Source: Desulfatiglandales bacterium (GTDB taxonomy: Bacteria > Desulfobacterota > DSM-4660 > Desulfatiglandales > HGW-15). From it: a stretch of 64,000 nucleotides of DNA. Below, one piece after another: positions 21,370-31,233 of this stretch; position 1 is the stretch's first letter; the number at the start of each line of letters is the position of its first letter. The stretch lies in the NCBI GenBank assembly GCA_963667015.2, contig CAXXJJ010000004.1:256001-320000 (forward strand). Direction: 5' to 3'. A program made the position numbers and the translations under genes. The notes beneath the pieces were generated by a model, which was given only the letters and a program-made list of their open reading frames with translations, was not told where the DNA came from and ran no database searches.

Positions 21370-22912
21370 AAAAAACCTTTAAATTGGTTCCTCTCCGGAA
21401 CCAATGGGACATCCTGTCCGGATTCGTTGGGACCAACTATCCGGACAGGGTGGATTTTTTAACCGGTATATCCAGCTACTAGTGTCAGGATGCACTTTCC
21501 CTATCAACCCGGAATATGGTCCAGTACAAAGAGTCACCATTGCCTCAGCAGACCAAATGCTTGATCCTTCATTTGAGGGATTCACTGATGAGCAATTATT
21601 ACAGTTACTTGATCCAATATACAATGGAGCATCCTTAGAAAAAAACATCAAAAATGAATCAAATAATGAAACCGCAGAGGGTAAGGAGGGCAAGGAGCAG
21701 AATAATGAAGAACTTATGAAAAATCAACTTACGAAATCTGAGGAAAATATTCTCTCCAAAGAGTATAGTAATTTAACTCCATCCGAGAAAGAGAAGGCTC
21801 TAAGGTATGCTTTTAGAAATGCTAATCAAAATAATAAATATGGTGTTCCGCATCGTTCACAAATTCAAGATCGTTTAATAGCGGCCTCTAACCAGAGGTG
21901 TAATATTTATACGACATATTTAAAAAGGGTAAATACTAATCAAAATGCTATTTTGGGTACTTTAACAACCGTACTTGGTGGTGCAGGTGCTATTGTTACT
22001 GGTGAAAATTCGTCAAGACTTTTATCTGGCCTCGCGGGTATAACAAGCGGAACAAGAGCTGAATTGAATCAAACCATCTTTGAGTCAGTCGCTACAAGTG
22101 TTATAATTCCAGGCATACAAAATAAAAGAAATGAAATACTTACAAGCATTATGGCTAAACGTTCAAAGTCATTATCAGAATATACAATTGAAGGAGCAAT
22201 TGCTGATGCTATAATATATCATGGGGCATGTAGTATTGATGCAGGTATTGCATTCGCTCAGAAATCTATACAATCTTATGAAGATATTGGTGTAAATAAA
22301 TTGTCTGAGATACAAAATAAATTAAACATCACTAGAAGTTTATCGGAAACATTTACTCTTCCATCCATTGACACACTTACCGTTTGTGTTTCACTAGTTG
22401 AAGATCAGTTATCAAATCTCAAATCTAAACATCAAAAAACAATAGATGCCTTGGAAAATAATAAGGAAGATCATAACAAAATAATAATATTATACAATAA
22501 TCTTTTAAACTCATTAAAGAAGGATGGCGATCTAAGGAAAGAAGCTGAAAAGATAGATACTTTATTGACTTCAAACATGCTTGCGTATGTTTCAAGCAAA
22601 GGTGTAGAGAAAACAGAAAATTTCAGCAAACTTGAAGCTCAACAAATTGATGCAAGATCATTTGAAAGGAAATTAGATGCTAAAATAACAGAATTTCTTT
22701 ATGCACTCAGCATCAACAATTAATATTCACAATATTTAGGGGGGAATGTGAAAAACAAAGGGGATGCCCATAAGATTATAAGTTGATTAAATTGTAGTGG
22801 AGGGGGAGATCCCTTTACCTTATTTATTAGCTTGAAAAAGAAGTATCAAAGGCTATCAACATATATATTGAATCTAATGTCGACATTATTACCAACCTGA
22901 AACTGAACGAAA

Positions 22913-23536
22913 ATGACATTTTCTGAACAGCTGATCAATAGCATCAATAATTGTTACACAAATGATCCTGGGTTTTTCTGGGGTATTATTATTTTTTTAA
23001 TTATTACCGGTTGTGGGCTTTATTTAACCATCCCAGCCTACAGAAAAATTATAGGCACTAAATACTTTTTTCAACTTATTGCCCTGTTAATATTTGTTTC
23101 TCTCGCATTTCTTATCACCCTGCCAATATTCATTATTGAACAGATACTATTGTATTTTGATTTTGCTGTAAAACCGCCCTACACCTGGGTTTACATACCT
23201 GTTCCGATACTCTCAGCAATCATACTTAAAAGGGTATTAAAGCTTAACTATGAATATAAGAGTATCTCGACAAATAAGACCGGTATTAATAATCAGATAA
23301 AGAAATCTGGAATAAAACGAAAGAAAACTAAAACTGAGATATTTTTACTTTTGTTTTTTACGTTTTTTGCCGGGATTTGTGTGATGTGCGCGGTTAATGC
23401 AGTTATTCCATTTATTAACCCTGCAATAGAAGAAGCAATTATTCTTTTTATTGGTTTAATGGTAATACTGGGAATAATCGCTGCAACTGTTATTAAAATA
23501 TTGAATGTTTTTAATTTCCTGAAAGAACGGTTTTAA
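22913..23536 (+). CDS. Hypothetical membrane protein
   Basis: About five hydrophobic segments. Confidence 0.65.
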   Translation: MTFSEQLINSINNCYTNDPGFFWGIIIFLIITGCGLYLTIPAYRKIIGTKYFFQLIALLIFVSLAFLITLPIFIIEQILLYFDFAVKPPYTWVYIPVPILSAIILKRVLKLNYEYKSISTNKTGINNQIKKSGIKRKKTKTEIFLLLFFTFFAGICVMCAVNAVIPFINPAIEEAIILFIGLMVILGIIAATVIKILNVFNFLKERF

Positions 23537-23727
23537 ATTTTACAAAAGGGGGGCTGCCCTTGACTCTTGCACATATAAATAATAACAGAGGTAACAACAG
23601 CCCCTTTATTATAAGGATCACCTCCAATGATGATCAGGGATCGAGTGATAAATTGACTTCAGCAATATTAACCTTCACTCACATCTGTAAAACAGTCTAG
23701 TTGTAAAGATAACAAGGAGGTAATTCA

Positions 23728-23999
23728 ATGAAACAAAAAAAATTGATACCTGGAAAAGAATAAGATCAAATGGTAAAGGGCGTTTTATTTTCGATACAAT
23801 TTGTGTTGTTTATTGTATTGTTTCTATTATAACTACACTTATTGAATTATGGCCAGATGGTAAATTTATGCATCCCGGAGGGTTCCTTCTCAAAGTCATT
23901 ATTTTATTTGCAGGTGGCTTTATAATAGCTTTAATTGCCTGGAATAATAATGAGAAGGAATTTAAAAAAGCAGGTACAATAGAAAGCAAATCTGTTTAA
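23728..23999 (+). pseudogene. Small membrane protein frameshifted in an A8 run (not in ORF track)
   Basis: SD AAGGAGG; adding one A gives MKQKKIDTWKRIRSNGKGRFIF...IAWNNNEKEFKK...SV*; stop lies in the next attC R'' box. Confidence 0.7.
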
Positions 24000-24126
24000 C
24001 CATGCTGACAAGAGCTAGCGGGCTATTTTTTCGCCTTTTTTAATCTCTGGCAATGGGCAATCTTTCTCACGACCAATGAGTGAGCTGGCTTGTACCGCCC
24101 TGGCCCTTACCGCCACGGTGTTATCT
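23994..24126 (+). other. attC-like site (partly decayed)
   Basis: R'' GTTTAAC at a stop codon; R' GTTATCT; homologous to 31088-31221. Confidence 0.65.
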
Positions 24127-24149
24127 TCAAAAACAAGGAGTAATTCTTT

Positions 24150-24770
24150 ATGGATTTACATGTCTATTTTGCATTCGTTTTTGCGACAACGATAATGATC
24201 GCATTACCGGGCCCCAGCGTTATTTTAACAATCGCTCACAGTATTTCATTTGGTCGTCTTCATGGAATAATCACTGTCGCAGGAGCAACACTGGGAATTG
24301 CTTTTCAATTATTGGTCGCAGCGATAGGTCTTACATCTATCCTCAACACTGTTGCGGGAGCATTTGAATTGTTTCGTTGGGCTGGAGCCGCATATCTAGT
24401 ATACCTCGGAGTAAAGCAATGGAAAGGTGCAAATAAACCTTTGGAACTTAGTACATCAAATATGTCAAAAAAGAACATTTTTGCGCAAGGCGTTGTTGTT
24501 ACGATTTTCAATCCGAAGAGCCTTGTTTTTATCGCTGCTTTTCTTCCGCAATTCATTGACATAGGTCGGTCCCTTGCCCTTCAATTCATTATCATCGTAC
24601 CTACTTTTTTAGTGATTACTTTTACTGTGACATCAGTTTGGGCTATAACCGCGGGATCAGCAAGAAGATTCTTGAAAAGTCAGCGGGTAGTTAAAGCAGT
24701 TTCCCGGACATCCGGAGGATTGATGATTATAGCGGGAATGGGGCTGGCGGCTGCCCGTCGGAGTAATTAA
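24150..24770 (+). CDS. LysE/RhtB family translocator (integron cassette)
   Basis: PGPS, GAAYLVYLG, NPKSLVF..AFLPQFID. Confidence 0.93.
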   Translation: MDLHVYFAFVFATTIMIALPGPSVILTIAHSISFGRLHGIITVAGATLGIAFQLLVAAIGLTSILNTVAGAFELFRWAGAAYLVYLGVKQWKGANKPLELSTSNMSKKNIFAQGVVVTIFNPKSLVFIAAFLPQFIDIGRSLALQFIIIVPTFLVITFTVTSVWAITAGSARRFLKSQRVVKAVSRTSGGLMIIAGMGLAAARRSN

Positions 24771-24789
24771 TAGCAAAAAAATGGTTAGC

Positions 24790-24863
24790 AGATAACAAAT
24801 GCATTTATAGGAGGTTCCCCGCTGCTGAAGCTCTGGGGAACCCGGGTTATGCTGGTGTTAAGC
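24790..24863 (+). other. attC site (74 bp)
   Basis: R'' AGATAAC, GCAT/ATGC and GGTTCCCC/GGGGAACC stems, R' GTTAAGC. Confidence 0.85.
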
Positions 24864-24883
24864 GCCTGGAATAAGAAACTGCA

Positions 24884-25315
24884 ATGAACTTTGAACTTCG
24901 CAATGTGAATGAAAATGACTTTGACTGGCTTTTTGAATTGAGAAGCCAGACCATGTCAAAGTATATAAATGATTCTGGTGACAATTTCAATTTAGGCACT
25001 CAATCTAAAAGAATCATGAAGGAATACGAGTCTATTAAAATTGTCAGGAGTGATAATCAAGACATTGGCATGTTTAAGGTAAAACGCAACTCCGACAAAT
25101 GGGAAATAATTCAAATTCAACTTCTCCCTGATTATCAACATATGGGAATAGGTACAAAATTAATTCAGGAACTCCAGATGGAAGCTTCACAGCAAAGTGC
25201 AGCAATCTTTCTAAGTGTTCTAAAGGTAAATCCGGCAAAAAGACTATATGAAAGACTTGGGTTTGAGGTAATCCAGGAAAAAGAAAAATCGTATACAATG
25301 CGTTACAGGGCTTAA
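24884..25315 (+). CDS. GNAT family N-acetyltransferase (integron cassette)
   Basis: QHMGIGTKL, NPAKRLYERLGF. Confidence 0.93.
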   Translation: MNFELRNVNENDFDWLFELRSQTMSKYINDSGDNFNLGTQSKRIMKEYESIKIVRSDNQDIGMFKVKRNSDKWEIIQIQLLPDYQHMGIGTKLIQELQMEASQQSAAIFLSVLKVNPAKRLYERLGFEVIQEKEKSYTMRYRA

Positions 25316-25386
25316 CATCATTTGGCTGCACAAGACCCCGGAGGGTTCCTTGCTTGTTGCGGAAATCACGGCGGGGCTTGTGAATC
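25310..25386 (+). other. attC site truncated before R' by a GGGGTC element end
   Basis: R'' GCTTAAC containing the stop codon; CACAAGACCCC / GGGGCTTGTG stem; homologous to 28187-28271. Confidence 0.75.
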
Positions 25387-25557
25387 GGGGTCTGGCCCAA
25401 GGTAATCCATGTTAAATTCCCAAAGGGGACTGCGAAGCAGTATTTAACAGGGCAGGCTAGTTGGAATAATAAATTAAAAGCCGTAGAATCACTCTATTTT
25501 AGAGCTCAAACCATTCTTTTGAAAAGTGAAAATAGACCAATAACAAGCGAGGTGAAT

Positions 25558-26292
25558 ATGCAGCATGAAGCTATGATTTTGCATGGTAAATCACTTTTTG
25601 ATTATAACAATGGTGATCGGGCGGCTGAAATTATTTTACGACGTGATGATGGATTTGAAGACGTGTTACCTGTGAGCTTCTTTTTTAGATCTGAATCGGA
25701 GTTTTTACCTGGTGAATCTGAAGCAATTAATCAGTCAAAAGGGCGTATACTGGATATTGGTGCGGGGAGTGGTGTCCATTCACTTGTTCTGCAATCCAGA
25801 GGTTTGAATGTTACTGCGATAGATATAGACAGCAAGGCAGTCAATATAATGATTGAAAAAGGGATAAAAGATGCTCGTTGTGTTGATGTTATGCAATTTC
25901 AGGATGGACCCTATGATACGCTTTTGATGTTGGGTCATGGTATAGGTATGACTGGAAATATTCAGGGCTTAAACCGCTTTTTAAATCATGCGTCAGGCCT
26001 TCTCGGAGAAAATGGGCAGATATTAATGAACTCAGTAGATGTTCGTAAAACACAGGATCCTGTGCACTTGAAATATCATGAAGCAAATAAAGATAAGGGA
26101 CGATATTTTGGAGAAATAAATCTGCAATTTGAATATAAAGGTGAACAAGGTCCATTTTTTGAGTGGTTACATATTGATCCGCAAACACTGCAAAGACAGG
26201 CGGCAAATATAAACTGGAAAACGGAAATATTATATAAACATGAGGATGGGGAATATCTTGCACGATTGACCTGTAAAAGATCTGCTCAATAA
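25558..26292 (+). CDS. Class I SAM-dependent methyltransferase
   Basis: ILDIGAGSGVHS motif I; SD GAGG before ATG 25558. Confidence 0.9.
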   Translation: MQHEAMILHGKSLFDYNNGDRAAEIILRRDDGFEDVLPVSFFFRSESEFLPGESEAINQSKGRILDIGAGSGVHSLVLQSRGLNVTAIDIDSKAVNIMIEKGIKDARCVDVMQFQDGPYDTLLMLGHGIGMTGNIQGLNRFLNHASGLLGENGQILMNSVDVRKTQDPVHLKYHEANKDKGRYFGEINLQFEYKGEQGPFFEWLHIDPQTLQRQAANINWKTEILYKHEDGEYLARLTCKRSAQ

Positions 26293-26793
26293 CTTGTTAT
26301 ATTAAAATATGGAATCAAGGATCTGATAAAATGGATATTGAACAAAACAAATCCAACAAAATAATTTTTCCAATTGTTACAATCTTTATCACTGGTATTA
26401 CAGTTGGAATGCTCACATTTTCTATCGTACCTTTGTTTATCCAGAATTATTCCATTATAGCGCCTGGACTAAAAACTATTATATATATGATCTTTTTCTT
26501 ATATTTTTTAGAAAACATTTTCGTACTTTCCGGTTCCTACTTAATGATTAAACATAATAAAATAAATTATTTTCTTTTGATAACTGCATTACTCTATTCG
26601 ATTACAATTAGCGTGAACGGTTTAAAGTTCGCTTTTTTACCGTTTAGATTGGACTTCACTTTACAATACAACTCGGGAAATAGTATTGTGGGTGTTGGTG
26701 TTAATTTAATTGGCTTAATATTTATAATCTGGTGGTGCATTATCTACAAAAAAGATAATTTTATAAGCAAATTAAATATGGAAGACCTTTGTA

Positions 26794-27910
26794 TTAACCC
26801 GGCAATTAAATAGGAGACTATCAAGCAGCATAAGCAATCTTAGGGTGTTTAAAATATTTTTTAACACGTCCAGGTAGTTTTTGAAGCTTTCTCAAATGAG
26901 AAATAGCTTTTTGCTTGAGTTCTTTTTTTGTTCTGGCTGGAATACCAGAATGTACACCGACCTTTAGGTCGCAGTTTAGGTATTCATCAGGATTTAATTC
27001 CGGTGAATATGATGGAAGAAAGAACAACTCAATTTTGTCTTCATGTTCTTTCAGCCAGTCTTTGACAATATAGCTATGATGGACTTTCAAATTATCTACA
27101 ATCAAAAAGATTTTTTTATCAGCATCTTTGATCAATCGTTCCATGAATTTGATCATCGTTTGGGAATTCATCTTGTTTTTATAAACCATAAAACGAACTT
27201 TACCTTGATTGGTGACAGAGGAAATCAGGTTGACGCGCTGGCACCTGGGATGAAGCCTAATCGCCGGTGTTTCACCACGAGGAGCGTAACTTCTTCCATG
27301 GTAACTGTCGTTACACAATCCAGTCTCATCCCCCCAATGAATTTCCGCGGTCTCTTTTTTTGCACGTTTGGAAATATCCGAGTATTCTGTCTCCAACCAA
27401 GCTTTGACTGCTTTTGGATTTTGTTTATAGGCTTTCTTCAGTGGTTTTTGTGGAGTAAAATTCCATCTGTTCAGATACTCGCCAACAGTTCTGATCGGCA
27501 TATCTATATTCCACAATTGTTTGATGAGTTGCTGTACGGCAATGCGTGTCCACAAAGCAAATGGTAATTTCATTTGGTCAGGGCATTTGTCTTGTATAGC
27601 TTTTTGCAATTCTTTTTCCTGATCAGGTGTCAACGTGCGGCAACTGCCCTTTGGACGGCCACGCTTTTTAATTTTAAGGGCTTTATTACCTTCTTTTTGA
27701 TAAAGAGCCCACCATGTACTGCAAATGGATCGGCTCACTCCTGTAATGGCACTGATCTCATTATGCGTTCGTCCCTGTTTTCGGAGTCGAATGACTTGAT
27801 TACGAATTTGTTGTTGGGCATCAGTGCTGAGTTTCCTTGCGTCTATTTTTTCCATGATCGTGTTATAACAAAATACGATCCATTTGTTAAGTATTTTGTT
27901 GCCGGGTTAA
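26794..27910 (-). mobile_element. IS630 family element, copy 2 (1117 bp)
   Basis: Same IRs as copy 1, TA duplication, identical transposase translation. Confidence 0.95.
26821..27855 (-). CDS. IS630 family transposase
   Basis: Protein identical to 9167-10201. Confidence 0.96.
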   Translation of the reverse strand: MEKIDARKLSTDAQQQIRNQVIRLRKQGRTHNEISAITGVSRSICSTWWALYQKEGNKALKIKKRGRPKGSCRTLTPDQEKELQKAIQDKCPDQMKLPFALWTRIAVQQLIKQLWNIDMPIRTVGEYLNRWNFTPQKPLKKAYKQNPKAVKAWLETEYSDISKRAKKETAEIHWGDETGLCNDSYHGRSYAPRGETPAIRLHPRCQRVNLISSVTNQGKVRFMVYKNKMNSQTMIKFMERLIKDADKKIFLIVDNLKVHHSYIVKDWLKEHEDKIELFFLPSYSPELNPDEYLNCDLKVGVHSGIPARTKKELKQKAISHLRKLQKLPGRVKKYFKHPKIAYAA

Positions 27911-28186
27911 TAAAAATTATCTTTCAGAGCTAGAAAAATTAAGATCACAAATGAGTGATCTAGGCTATGTGCAAATTAGAGGTGAAGGGAAAAAATCTTT
28001 TATTTATGCTTCAGTTGATGGAAGAACAATTGAACTATCCAAAGCGGATGATGGTATTTGGGTATGGTTTTGCGACGGAAATAACGAATCATCCGAATAT
28101 GATAAAACATTTCCAAATTACGAAATGGCCCTTAAAGCAGTACGTGATTGGCTCAGTAAAAAATAATTATAAATAGTACAAATGGA

Positions 28187-28271
28187 GTTTATCATAGCGA
28201 TCTACAAGACCCCGGAGAGTCTCTTGCTTGTTGCGAAAATAACTGCGGGGCTTGTCAGTTAATCATTATGA
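28187..28271 (+). other. Decayed attC site
   Basis: ACAAGACCCCGGAG...TTGCTTGTTGCG...GCGGGGCTTGT core shared with 25330-25381; core boxes appear mutated (GTTTATC, ATTATGA). Confidence 0.65.
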
Positions 28272-28273
28272 TC

Positions 28274-28430
28274 ATGGAATCAAAAAGATAAATGGATTAC
28301 GAATTAGATATCAACAAATTGGTGATGCGAAACGATTTTATGAGATACCTACTCATCTAAGGCAGTACAATTTGTTGAAGATATCTGCTTTAATGAGCTT
28401 GGCCTGGAACGAATAGAACTCATCATCCTT
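28274..28430 (+). pseudogene. RimJ/RimL-type GNAT remnant with internal deletion
   Basis: LRIRYQQIGDAKRFYEI and KAVQFVEDICFNELGLERIELII; ends at GGGGGCAGG. Confidence 0.6.
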
Positions 28431-28631
28431 GGGGGCAGGTATTGAATCTTGAATTATTCTTAAATAAGTTTTAAGAATAACTGTATCTTTTCGGGGATAA
28501 TGAATTACTGCCTTATAGCGTAAAAGTTGCATCGTCTTATGCCTTATAAAAACAAAATATTTGAGTCGTCATTCTTCGGCTTAACCGCTTAACTTAACTG
28601 ACACCTAATATTAACAGGGAGATATGAGTAT

Positions 28632-29677
28632 ATGAAAATTATAACCATGATTTTGATACTGGCAGGATGTCTTTCGACAACAACATATGCGGATAACACA
28701 TCTAAGGATGAAAACAGGCTTATCCTTGAAGAACTAAAAGAGATTCGTTCGGCTCTTAATCGCATAGCTGACGAATTATCAGAAATTAGATCGTCAAAAG
28801 AAAAACAGGATGATATCCGTCAGAGTTTCTCCGGAACTTTCCCATTAAACAGTCGAGGGCCTGATATTGACAAGCTGGCTGATATAACACTTTCCAATGA
28901 TGCCGGACCTGATGAAGTAAAGAAATATATCCGTGATATTATAAAGGCCTCTCAGGGACAAAGCACATACTCGGATCGAGATCCACAGGTGGCTATGCTT
29001 GCAAAAATCGGTAAAAAAATCTGCAGTTACTCATTGATTCACTTTCCTATTCACCGTCAATGAGCAATAATTTTCATCTTGAACGTGCCATTTTATTATT
29101 ATCAGATGAGAGCAGCAAATCAGCTATTCTTGAAGTTCTTCCGATTCACCATAATCTGGTAAGAGTAGTTATTCAGAACGGATGGGAGACAGATGCCAGA
29201 AGTATCCTTCTGGCCGAGCTCAAAAAAATTGGACAACATCTACCTGTAGAATGGGTAAGAGCTGTTGCCAGTCTGCGTGACAGTGAAACCTATGACCTTC
29301 TGAGAAACTATTTTGTAAATGGAAATAATCGTGCCAATACATACATGGAGATTCAGCGCTTTCCAATAGAAGATTTGCCGGCAGCAGTGGCGGAGGCCTG
29401 GGAGAAAAGTAAGTATGATCAGGGGTACAACCGCATCAGCATGGCAGTCATAGCTTTGCAGTACGGCCATCTTGATGCTCTTGAAGCACTTGTCGAATCG
29501 CTGGCATCAGGCGGTCCTGACAGTTACTGGATGATCCAGGAGGCACGGCCAGCTGTTCTTCAGTACACCGGTTTCAAAGGTTCTAATAAAGAGTTAAAGA
29601 GCTGGTTTGAGGCCAACCGTTCTGTTCTCAAATTTGATTCTGAGAAAAAGAAGTTTGTAGTAGACACTAAGGACTGA
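28632..29677 (+). pseudogene. Secreted hypothetical protein frameshifted at A7 (29013-29019)
   Basis: One extra A joins 28632-29063 to 29060-29677 via KKNLQLLIDSLSYSPSM. Confidence 0.7.
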
Positions 29678-29799
29678 TAAAAAAGTAAGTCGTGGAGACT
29701 GGGATGCCCTTTTGCTATGGTGCGTGGACGAGACGTCCATAAGAAACTGAGAAACTGAAGAGGAATACTCTACTGCTACACAGATCCATAGAATAACTT

Positions 29800-30163
29800 G
29801 TTAAAAGCTTAAAGGTAATCAATATCCGGGATAACAAAATCCATATTTATCGGAAATGGCAATGTTGCCAAATCCGATAATTAGAAAAAATAAAATAAAA
29901 ATCATGAGTAATAAAAGGCAGTTATCCATTTTTAGTATGTGATAAATAGCAGCTCAAAAATTGAAATCCGGACAATAAACGTTCTATTTAGGAAAAATGG
30001 CAGTGTTGCCAAAATTCCTAAATAGAAACATCGAATCAAATTTATTTTGAAATTATAGATGGTTATAGAAAACATGGTGTGGCTAAATAGCAGTCAAAAT
30101 CTCGGGATATCTTTCTGTATGACTTTCTATTTGCAACAATATCCAGATCTAAAAAATTACTTG
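29800..30163 (+). repeat. 363-bp non-coding module, copy 2, bounded by attI-like sites
   Basis: Aligns with 18458-18821. Confidence 0.9.
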
Positions 30164-30201
30164 TTATGTCACTATGAATCTGCTCACTAAAGGAGAAAAC
30201 T

Positions 30202-30615
30202 ATGCAACCAGAAGCCTTAATTCGTACCTTCATTGATGAAGCATTCAACAAGGGGAATCTTTCGATACTCGAGGATATCATTCATACTGAGTACCAATAT
30301 TTGAGCCCTGACAACAGCCAGCTAAAAGGCATAGGTCAATTGACAGAATTTATTCAGGCGTTCCGCAAAGGCTTTCCTGATCTTAACCTTCAGATAGATG
30401 ATCTGTTTGTGTCAAATGACCGCTCGTGTACTGCCTTTACACTTAGAGGCACTCACGAGGACGATTTCATGGGGATTCCGGCAACTAAAAAGTCGGTGGA
30501 AGTCCGAGGAATGGTAATGAGCCGATTTAAAGACAACAAGATCTTTGAGGATTGGGAGATTCTCGACAACTTGAGCTTTTTTCAACAGCTTGGGGTTGTT
30601 CCTGAACTCTCCTAA
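30202..30615 (+). CDS. SnoaL-like ester cyclase
   Basis: FPDL, GTHEDDFMGIPATKK, QQLG. Confidence 0.92.
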   Translation: MQPEALIRTFIDEAFNKGNLSILEDIIHTEYQYLSPDNSQLKGIGQLTEFIQAFRKGFPDLNLQIDDLFVSNDRSCTAFTLRGTHEDDFMGIPATKKSVEVRGMVMSRFKDNKIFEDWEILDNLSFFQQLGVVPELS

Positions 30616-31087
30616 TGCACTGCTGCCAGGTGTTATCGTTAAAATGGTCAACAGTGTTGAATTGGCGAATCTTTGAATTGGGGTCGGACCAGGATAACCC
30701 CGGTTAAATGTTGTTTCGCGATCCACTATGCAGAATCAACTCGGTAAAAGGAAGATCACAGGATACTTGACATTGACATGAACTGTTTTCTCCATAATAA
30801 TTTTTTATGTCACAGTCAATCACAGTCTGTGTCATTGGTGTGCTGAGAAATAATGAAAACAAAATATCATGGCAGGAGAAAGCAGTTGCCAATAACAAGT
30901 AACTAAAGGACGCGAGAATTGATCTGATAATTAAAAAGGTAACAAAATATCAAGGAAATTCATTTGAAAATAAATTCAAAACAATATAAAAAGAAACATC
31001 CAAAAACATAGTATTCAAAAAGTATCAAATCTTTAAAATCAGTAATTGAAAGTAAGCAGTCAAAAACAAATTTAACAGGTTGGCCGC

Positions 31088-31221
31088 AGCCAGCCATTGC
31101 ATCTACAAGGACCATGCTATTTTTTACGCCTTTTTTAATCTATCTGCTAACTCGAATCTTTCAAGCATTTAACATGGCAGGTCGGTTTGCACCGCACGGT
31201 CTGTAATGCTTTTCGTTCTCA
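31088..31221 (+). other. Decayed attC-like site
   Basis: GCTATTTTTT(A)CGCCTTTTTTAATCT and downstream sequence shared with 24008-24126. Confidence 0.55.
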
Positions 31222-31233
31222 CTATCAGAAACA

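Larger units (their letters stand above)
18898..21474 (+). mobile_element. IS21 family element (2577 bp)
   Basis: TG...CA ends (TGGATATTCCGG / CCGGTATATCCA); 5-bp TSD GCTAC at 18893-18897 and 21475-21479; subterminal repeated motifs. Confidence 0.95.
18852..22723 (+). pseudogene. Lipoprotein interrupted by IS21 in its signal peptide (429 aa when restored)
   Basis: Restored N-terminus MIISKKIFSALPILLLVSGC; SD AAGGAGG. Confidence 0.9.
26331..28166 (+). pseudogene. Membrane protein ORF split by IS630 copy 2; the two parts join in frame (238 aa)
   Basis: Removing the IS gives ...NMEDLCKNYLSELEKLRSQMSDLGY... Confidence 0.75.

Noticed and set aside
21404..21474. ORF-track N-terminus of the 439-aa ORF
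   Set aside because: It lies inside the IS21 right end; the true start is 18852.
25400..25420. ATGTTAAAT as a XerD arm of a dif/pdif site (also ~15928)
   Set aside because: No XerC arm at the right spacing; it is the left arm of the CCCTGTTAAAT...ATTTAACAGGG palindrome family.
30800..31076. Possible gene between the ester cyclase and the K+ channel
   Set aside because: Multiple stops and no recognisable family; at most an unidentifiable remnant.
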